From Desulfosudaceae bacterium (lineage in GTDB: Bacteria > Desulfobacterota > Desulfobacteria > Desulfobacterales > Desulfosudaceae): a DNA stretch of 64,000 nt. Both the position numbers and the translations under genes were made by a program. The DNA lies in NCBI GenBank assembly GCA_963674745.2, contig CAXXDV010000001.1:320001-384000 (forward strand), written 5' to 3'. Shown here piece by piece: positions 57,995 through 64,000 of the stretch. The notes under the pieces are model-generated. The model did no database searches, was not told where the DNA came from, and saw only the letters and a program-made list of their open reading frames with translations. Position 1 is the stretch's first letter; every line of letters begins with the position of its first letter.

Positions 57995-58996
57995 ATGCGA
58001 CAGAATTCACGACGCCTGTTAGGGGGACTGACGGTTACGGTTCTGATAATGCTGACCACGGGTGGTTGCTCTTTAATTACCACATATTTCGGCTTTCGGG
58101 ATATTCCGGTTGAAGACCTGCAAACGGAGTATGCCAACAGCGAATCAGAATTTATTCCTGTCAACGATATGATGGTACATGTCCGTGACGAGGGAAGCGG
58201 CCCGGTACTGGTCCTGCTTCACGGCATTCTGTCCTCTTTGCATACCTGGGACGGTTGGGTACCGACCCTGTCCCAGGACTACCGGGTCATTCGCCTGGAC
58301 CTGCCGGGCTTCGGGCTGACCGGGCTGCCGGGCAACGGTTCGGGTGATTTTTCTCTTGAACTGGTCACGGATACGGTTTTGAAAATACTGGCCGACCGTC
58401 ATGTTGAAAAGGCAACCTTTATCGGCAACTCCTTCGGCGGTGAGGTCAGCTGGCGCCTGGCGGTAGAGCACCCCGAACTGGTGGAACGGGTGGTTCTGAT
58501 TGACGCCAAATCATTTCCCCAGAAATGGCCTTTTGTGCTGAACCTGGTCAGACGCCCCCCCTTAAGAACCTTCTCATCATTCACCATCCCCCGCTACTCG
58601 GTTGCCATCGGTCTTTACCAGGTTTATGGCGACGACGGCCGCCTTTCCCAAGACACCATTACACGTTACCACCATATGATGCTGCGCCCGGGCAACCGGA
58701 AAGCCATGCTGGAAGTAATGGACTGGATAGAAGAAAATGAACGGCCCGATGGTGCCGAACCGGAAGCCGGCCTCTATAAAATCAGTCAGCCCCTGATGAC
58801 CATGTGGGGCAAAAAGGATGCCTGGATCCCTTATGAAAAAGTCGGCAAACAGTGGGAAGCAGCTTATCCCGACGCCACCCACGTCGTTTATAAAGACGCG
58901 GGGCATATTCCCATGGAAGAGATTCCGTCCCAGACATTGATGGATTTGCTGGCTTTTCTGGACGCCACGAACCAATCCCTGGGCTATACGGAATAA
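57995..58996 (+). CDS. Alpha/beta hydrolase, probable lipoprotein
   Basis: Signal with TGGC; LLHG, DLPGFG, GNSFGG and AGHIP. Confidence 0.88.
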   Translation: MRQNSRRLLGGLTVTVLIMLTTGGCSLITTYFGFRDIPVEDLQTEYANSESEFIPVNDMMVHVRDEGSGPVLVLLHGILSSLHTWDGWVPTLSQDYRVIRLDLPGFGLTGLPGNGSGDFSLELVTDTVLKILADRHVEKATFIGNSFGGEVSWRLAVEHPELVERVVLIDAKSFPQKWPFVLNLVRRPPLRTFSSFTIPRYSVAIGLYQVYGDDGRLSQDTITRYHHMMLRPGNRKAMLEVMDWIEENERPDGAEPEAGLYKISQPLMTMWGKKDAWIPYEKVGKQWEAAYPDATHVVYKDAGHIPMEEIPSQTLMDLLAFLDATNQSLGYTE

Positions 58997-60987
58997 CCGG
59001 AAAACCCGGACTGCTGCAACTGATACAACTGGAAGTAATACCCCTTCCCGGCCATCAGGTCTTCATGGGAACCGGATTCGATGATGCGGCCGCGGTAAAG
59101 GACCAGAATGTTGGTCGCGTAACGTACGGTGGACAGGCGGTGGGCGATGATCAGGGCGGTCCTGTCCCGGGTCAGGTTTTCCAGAGCCTGGCGGATCATC
59201 AGATCGGTTTCCAGATCGATATAGGATGTGGCCTCGTCAAAGATAATCAGATCGGGGTCATGGGCCAGCGCCCTGGCAATGGAGAGCAACTGCCGCTGTC
59301 CACTGGAAAAGGTGCTGCCCTTCTGGGTCACGGGCGCGTCGATGCCGCCGTCCAGGGCGTCTACCAGGGACCGGCAGCGGGCCATGTCAATGATCCGTGC
59401 CAGGTCTTTGTCATCAATGTCCGTTCGGCCGAAAGCGATATTGTCACGAATGGTACCGGAGAAAAGAAACGGATCCTGGGACACCAGCCCTGTTTGTGAT
59501 CTCAATACCCGCGAGGGCACCTGCCGGATATCCGTACCATTGATCAGGATATTCCCCCGGTCAACATCATAAAAGCGAAGAATCAGATTAGCGATGGATG
59601 TTTTTCCGGCGCCTGTGGGGCCGACAATGGCCAGGGTTTCGCCCCGGGACACGGAAAAAGAGATATCATTGAGCACCGGTTCTTCCGGCAGATAAGCAAA
59701 AGATACGTTTTTTACATCGATTCGGTTAATACGGAAATCCGCGGCCGGCGACACCGCCATCTCCGGCTGGGCCAATCGGGTATCCGTGTCCAGCACCATG
59801 AATATGCGTTCGGCCGAAGAGATGGCGTTCTGGGTAATATTGAATTTCTCGGCCATATCCCTCAGGGGGCGGAAAAACATTTTAATGTACGTAATAAATG
59901 CCACCAGTACACCGATAGTCATGGTTTCGGAAAGCACCCCCCGTCCGCCGAAATAGATGATGATGGCCAGCGATAAAGCCCAGAGCAGATCGATAACCGG
60001 CATGAACACGGCAAACACGTGGATCTGCTTGATACCGGCCTGATAATAATCCCTGTTGACGGCCTGAAACTTTCGGTAATTATCAGCAAGCCGCGAAAAA
60101 AGTTGAAGCACGCTGATGCCTTCGATGGTCTCAGACGTGTTGGCATTGATTTCCGCGATCTTTACCCGCATATACCGGTACGGTTCCCGGGCCGCAGTGG
60201 CAAAATAAGTGGCCGCCAGGGCCACCAGCGGAATCACCATCAAACAGGCCAGGGCCAGTTTCCAGGACAGCATCATCATGACCACAACGATGCCGATAAT
60301 CAGAAACAAATCGTTAAACACAAAAGCAATGACCGAGGTGAACATTTCGTGCATGTTCTGGATATCGTTGGTGGCCCGGGTAACCAGCCGTCCCACGGGA
60401 TTCTTATAAAAATATTCCAGGCTCTGGTTCTGGATATGGGAGAACACTCTCATCCGTAGAAGATGCATGGTTTTCTGGCCGGCATATTCCATGATGAGCA
60501 CCTGGGCGGTATTCAATAAAAACATGGCCAGGGCCACCGCCACGATCAGACCGGCCGCCAGGGCCGTGCGGGTTATATCCTTAGCCCTCAATACCGCGAT
60601 ATCTTCGCCTTTCATTTCATCGAGGCGATCCAGGAGAATCATGGCCGAATTCCCGTCAATGCGGGTAAACAGCGGCCGATAGGTCTTGGTGATGTTTCTT
60701 TTTTGCCCGGTGTCCAGGTCGATACGCAGATACCGGTGCTGGGTCTCGCCCTTCCCGCCCGAAACGCCATCGGCCGATACCGGCGGGGGGACGATATAGC
60801 GGTCAATGGCGGTTTTGATAATCAGGGGGGCCGCCAGGTTCAGCAGGGTAACCAGGATGATAATCCCTATCGCGCCCAGAATCACAAACAGCTGAGGCCG
60901 GATAAAAGGATAGAGCCGCGCCAGAAGCCGGATGTCCCGTTTTTTGCCCGGCTGTTTTTCTCCAAAGGCGTCTGTAAACTTACTCAT
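58984..60987 (-). CDS. ABC exporter ATP-binding/permease subunit (MdlB-like)
   Basis: TM domain; GPTGAGKT, FSSGQRQ and IFDEAT. Confidence 0.92.
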   Translation of the reverse strand: MSKFTDAFGEKQPGKKRDIRLLARLYPFIRPQLFVILGAIGIIILVTLLNLAAPLIIKTAIDRYIVPPPVSADGVSGGKGETQHRYLRIDLDTGQKRNITKTYRPLFTRIDGNSAMILLDRLDEMKGEDIAVLRAKDITRTALAAGLIVAVALAMFLLNTAQVLIMEYAGQKTMHLLRMRVFSHIQNQSLEYFYKNPVGRLVTRATNDIQNMHEMFTSVIAFVFNDLFLIIGIVVVMMMLSWKLALACLMVIPLVALAATYFATAAREPYRYMRVKIAEINANTSETIEGISVLQLFSRLADNYRKFQAVNRDYYQAGIKQIHVFAVFMPVIDLLWALSLAIIIYFGGRGVLSETMTIGVLVAFITYIKMFFRPLRDMAEKFNITQNAISSAERIFMVLDTDTRLAQPEMAVSPAADFRINRIDVKNVSFAYLPEEPVLNDISFSVSRGETLAIVGPTGAGKTSIANLILRFYDVDRGNILINGTDIRQVPSRVLRSQTGLVSQDPFLFSGTIRDNIAFGRTDIDDKDLARIIDMARCRSLVDALDGGIDAPVTQKGSTFSSGQRQLLSIARALAHDPDLIIFDEATSYIDLETDLMIRQALENLTRDRTALIIAHRLSTVRYATNILVLYRGRIIESGSHEDLMAGKGYYFQLYQLQQSGFSGYSV

Positions 60988-62722
60988 CCCGCCCCTCTTC
61001 CAACTGTTGAATCTTCCAGGCACCGGCATAGTAACCGTTTATCCGCAACAGTTCCTCGTGGGTGCCGCGTTCGATGATGCAGCCCTCTTTTAAGACGATA
61101 ATATCATCCGCGAACCTGGCCATGGACGGCCGGTGAGAAATCAACAGGACCGTCTTACCCCGGGTAACCAGGCCCAGGGCATCCATGATGCCGTCCGCCG
61201 TTTCCGGATCCACCTGGCTGACCGGGTCATCAAGTATCAGTACCGGCGACCGATGATAAAAAGCCCGGGCCAGTGCGACCCGCTGTTTCTGACCGCCGGA
61301 CAGGATAACCCCTTTTTCGCCGGTCAGGGTGTTAAACCCCTCGGGAAAGGTGCTGATGGTTTTGTAAAGCCCGGCATTTCGGCAGGCTTCCACCAGCCGG
61401 GGATCATCATCCGGCACCGACGGATCGAAGGTGATGTTTTCCCGGATGGTGGCGGAAAACAGAAACGGTTCCTGGGGCATGAGCGTTATCAAGCGGCACA
61501 GGTCATCGATTTTTATCTGTTGAATATCCCGGCCGTCGATTTTGATGCTGCCCGCCTGGGGATCATACCGTCTGGCCAGCAGACCCGCCAGGGTGGACTT
61601 GCCGCTGCCCGGGGGCCCCAGCACAAACAGGGTCTTTCCCGCCGGCAGGGTCAGGCTGACATCCTTCAGGCTGGGCGTACCGCCGGCAGTATAGGAGAAA
61701 GTGACCCTGTCGCAGGTGATATCCCGTTGCACACCGGAAACGGTCACGGCATCCGGGGCGTCGACAATGGCGGGCACAGCCGTCAGCACCTGATTGATCC
61801 TGTCCAGGGAGGCCCGGCCGCGCTGAATCATGTTGGTCACCCAGCCCATGGCCATCATGGGCCAGGTCAGCATGGCCAGGTAGCTGATAAAAGCCACAAA
61901 ATCACCGGCGGTGATTACGGACGTAATCGTCTGGCGGCCGCCGACATAAAGCACGATGGCGGTACTGACATTGGCGAAAAAAACCATCATGGGAAAAAAA
62001 GTACCGGTTACCCGGGTCAGCCGGATATTCTGCCGGATATACCGGCTGGAGGTTTCTTCAAACATTGCCAGTTCCGTTTCCTGGCGGGCAAAGGCCTTGA
62101 TGACCCGGATTCCGGAAAACCGTTCCCGGACGACTTCCGTCATGTCGGAAAAAGAGGCCTGGACCCCCTGATACAGACGGTGCATGCGCCGGCCGAAAAT
62201 GCGTGTAAAAATAACGATCAGGGGCATGGGAATGAGGCTGTAAAGGGTCAGCTCAACGTTGATGTAGGCCATAAAACCGATGGCCGCGATGCCCAGAAAG
62301 ACGGCGTCGGTCAGGGCCACCAGTCCGAAACCGCTGGCCATGCGGATATGATTGATGTCATTGGTGACGCGCGCCATCAGGTCTCCGGTGGAAATCTTAT
62401 CAAAATAGGCGGCATCCAGTGTCTGAATATGGGCAAAAAGCCGGTCTCTCAAATCCCGTTCGATTTTCCGGGAGGCGCCGATCAGGCAGCGACGCCAGAT
62501 ATAACGGAAAACAACAATGACCGAGGCCAAAAGCAGGATCAGCAACGCATAATGCAGCAGTCTGCGGGCGTCAATGGCCAGGTAGGTCAGGTCATCAATG
62601 GCGTGTTTGGTGACGCGCGGAATCAGCAGCTGCAGAATATCCACCAGCACCAGGCTGAAGACACCGGTGGCGATAATTCCGGCATTTTCCTTTAACAGGT
62701 ATCTGGCACTGGCTTTTGACAA
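60980..62722 (-). CDS. ABC exporter ATP-binding/permease subunit (MdlA-like, degenerate site)
   Basis: GPPGSGKS and LSGGQKQR; Walker B ILDDP has D in place of the catalytic E. Confidence 0.92.
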   Translation of the reverse strand: MSKASARYLLKENAGIIATGVFSLVLVDILQLLIPRVTKHAIDDLTYLAIDARRLLHYALLILLLASVIVVFRYIWRRCLIGASRKIERDLRDRLFAHIQTLDAAYFDKISTGDLMARVTNDINHIRMASGFGLVALTDAVFLGIAAIGFMAYINVELTLYSLIPMPLIVIFTRIFGRRMHRLYQGVQASFSDMTEVVRERFSGIRVIKAFARQETELAMFEETSSRYIRQNIRLTRVTGTFFPMMVFFANVSTAIVLYVGGRQTITSVITAGDFVAFISYLAMLTWPMMAMGWVTNMIQRGRASLDRINQVLTAVPAIVDAPDAVTVSGVQRDITCDRVTFSYTAGGTPSLKDVSLTLPAGKTLFVLGPPGSGKSTLAGLLARRYDPQAGSIKIDGRDIQQIKIDDLCRLITLMPQEPFLFSATIRENITFDPSVPDDDPRLVEACRNAGLYKTISTFPEGFNTLTGEKGVILSGGQKQRVALARAFYHRSPVLILDDPVSQVDPETADGIMDALGLVTRGKTVLLISHRPSMARFADDIIVLKEGCIIERGTHEELLRINGYYAGAWKIQQLEEGRDE

Positions 62723-62735
62723 TTTGAGATCCGGT

Positions 62736-64000
62736 TTAAAGCTGTTTCAAAAGCTGATTGGCGGCGGTCAGCAAGGGGTCCCAGACCGGGCCAAACGGCG
62801 GCGCGTAAGCCAGATCGCACTGGGCGAACCGTTCCACAGTCATGCCCGCGCAAAGCGCCGCGGCCGCGGCATTAATGCGGTGAGCCACGCCTTCTTTACC
62901 AACTATTTGGGCGCCCAGCAGACGACCGGAGGCTTTATCACCCACCAGTTGCACCTTGATGGGCGTCGACCCCGCGTGGGCGTGGGCCCTTGAACGGGAG
63001 GTAATGACCACTTTGGCCGGGTCAAATCCCGCCTGGCCGGCTTCTTTGACGTTCAAACCGGTTCGGGCAACCTGGAGATCAAAAGCCCTGAAGACGGCAG
63101 TGCCGGTGATGCCGGGAAGGTCGACCGGTCTGCCGCAGACATGATCGGCCACCGCCCATCCGGCCCGGTTGGCCCGCAACGCCAGCGGCACCCAGACTTT
63201 TTGTCCGGTGACCATGTGAACGGCGTCGGCGCAATCGCCGGCGGCATAGATGTTTTCGTCAGATGTCCGCATCTGGTGGTCCACCGCGATGGCGTTGTGA
63301 GGCCCGAGCACGAGGCCCGCTTCAGCCGCCATCCGGCTGTTGGGGGTGACACCGATGGCTGACAGGATCATATCGCCCGCCACCGTCACCTTGTCACAGA
63401 CAGCGGCCAGGCGATCGTCCTCGGACACGATACGGTCTAAAACCGTCCCGCAATGCAGGGTCACGTCATGGGTTTCCACTTCCTGTTGAACGACTTGGGC
63501 CAGTTCGGGTTCCATCCAGGGGAGAAACACCGGTCGGGGTTTGATCATGGTCACGCCGATGTCCCTTGAGCGCAAGGCTTCGGCCATTTCCAGGCCGATA
63601 TACCCCATGCCGACAATAACGGCCTGGCGCACATCCCGTGTCTCCAGCCATTGCTTGATGGCCCTGCCGTCGGCCAGGCTTTTCAAGGCCAGCACACCCG
63701 GCGCGTCCGCGCCCGGAACATCCGGCATGATCGGGGCGGCACCGACGGCGATCAACAGTTTGTCATAATCCATGGTAAACGACTGACCGCTGTCGTTGAC
63801 GCCCGAAACCCGGCGCGATGCCGGATCAATAGCCGTAACGTCGTGGCCGGTCAGCAGGTTAATCTTCTGTTTTTCTCTGAATACCTGGGCCTGGCGAACC
63901 ACCAGCACATCCATGGGTTTTTCCGTGTCAGCGATATTATACGGCATACCGCAGGCACTGTAAGACACGTCATTTGTTTTCTCCAGAACGGTAATATCCA
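62736..64000 (-). CDS. CoA-disulfide reductase/NADH oxidase-like FAD oxidoreductase, 5' end truncated by window edge
   Basis: Frame open to the edge (DITVLEKTNDVSYSACGMPY); GMGYIGLE, YAAGDC and DLAYAPPF. Confidence 0.9.
   Translation of the reverse strand, partial: DITVLEKTNDVSYSACGMPYNIADTEKPMDVLVVRQAQVFREKQKINLLTGHDVTAIDPASRRVSGVNDSGQSFTMDYDKLLIAVGAAPIMPDVPGADAPGVLALKSLADGRAIKQWLETRDVRQAVIVGMGYIGLEMAEALRSRDIGVTMIKPRPVFLPWMEPELAQVVQQEVETHDVTLHCGTVLDRIVSEDDRLAAVCDKVTVAGDMILSAIGVTPNSRMAAEAGLVLGPHNAIAVDHQMRTSDENIYAAGDCADAVHMVTGQKVWVPLALRANRAGWAVADHVCGRPVDLPGITGTAVFRAFDLQVARTGLNVKEAGQAGFDPAKVVITSRSRAHAHAGSTPIKVQLVGDKASGRLLGAQIVGKEGVAHRINAAAAALCAGMTVERFAQCDLAYAPPFGPVWDPLLTAANQLLKQL

Noticed and set aside
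61133..62695. Long antisense ORFs (also 9395..10450, 6178..7020, 45336..46184, 4263..4997, 43528..44292)
   Set aside because: They are shadows of well-supported genes on the opposite strand in GC-rich DNA and show no recognisable motifs.

Overview
Gene-dense 64 kb chromosomal window from an anaerobic, probably Desulfobacterales-like deltaproteobacterium (inferred from gene content and repeat types). I found no rRNA, tRNA, CRISPR array or intact transposase. Content: a thioredoxin/RACo(ASKHA)/DUF1638/NADH-oxidase operon, selD, a sucrose cluster (PfkB kinase, SPS-SPP fusion, sucrose phosphorylase), a 5xPAS hybrid kinase, a TetR-led corrinoid methyltransferase operon, AsmA/BamE-like/TamB/Omp85 genes, a DEAD-box helicase, GCS2 ligase plus glutaredoxin, AsnB, ComEC and an ABC exporter pair. 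Main hidden signals: (1) three in-frame UGA codons that the ORF track treats as stops but that look like selenocysteine: in SelD, in a membrane-anchored AhpD-like CxxU protein, and, most unusually, at the C-terminal metal-ligand Cys position of a UroD/MT2-family corrinoid methyltransferase; (2) a 450 aa protein that follows the class I HMG-CoA reductase pattern end to end but has every catalytic motif replaced and a Zn-ribbon-like insertion; (3) a frameshifted tamB; (4) many modular intergenic repeat cassettes (7/8-mer arrays, REP/REPIN and MITE-like hairpins), one carrying a four-helix-bundle-like gene remnant. All family assignments are by eye; no searches were run.
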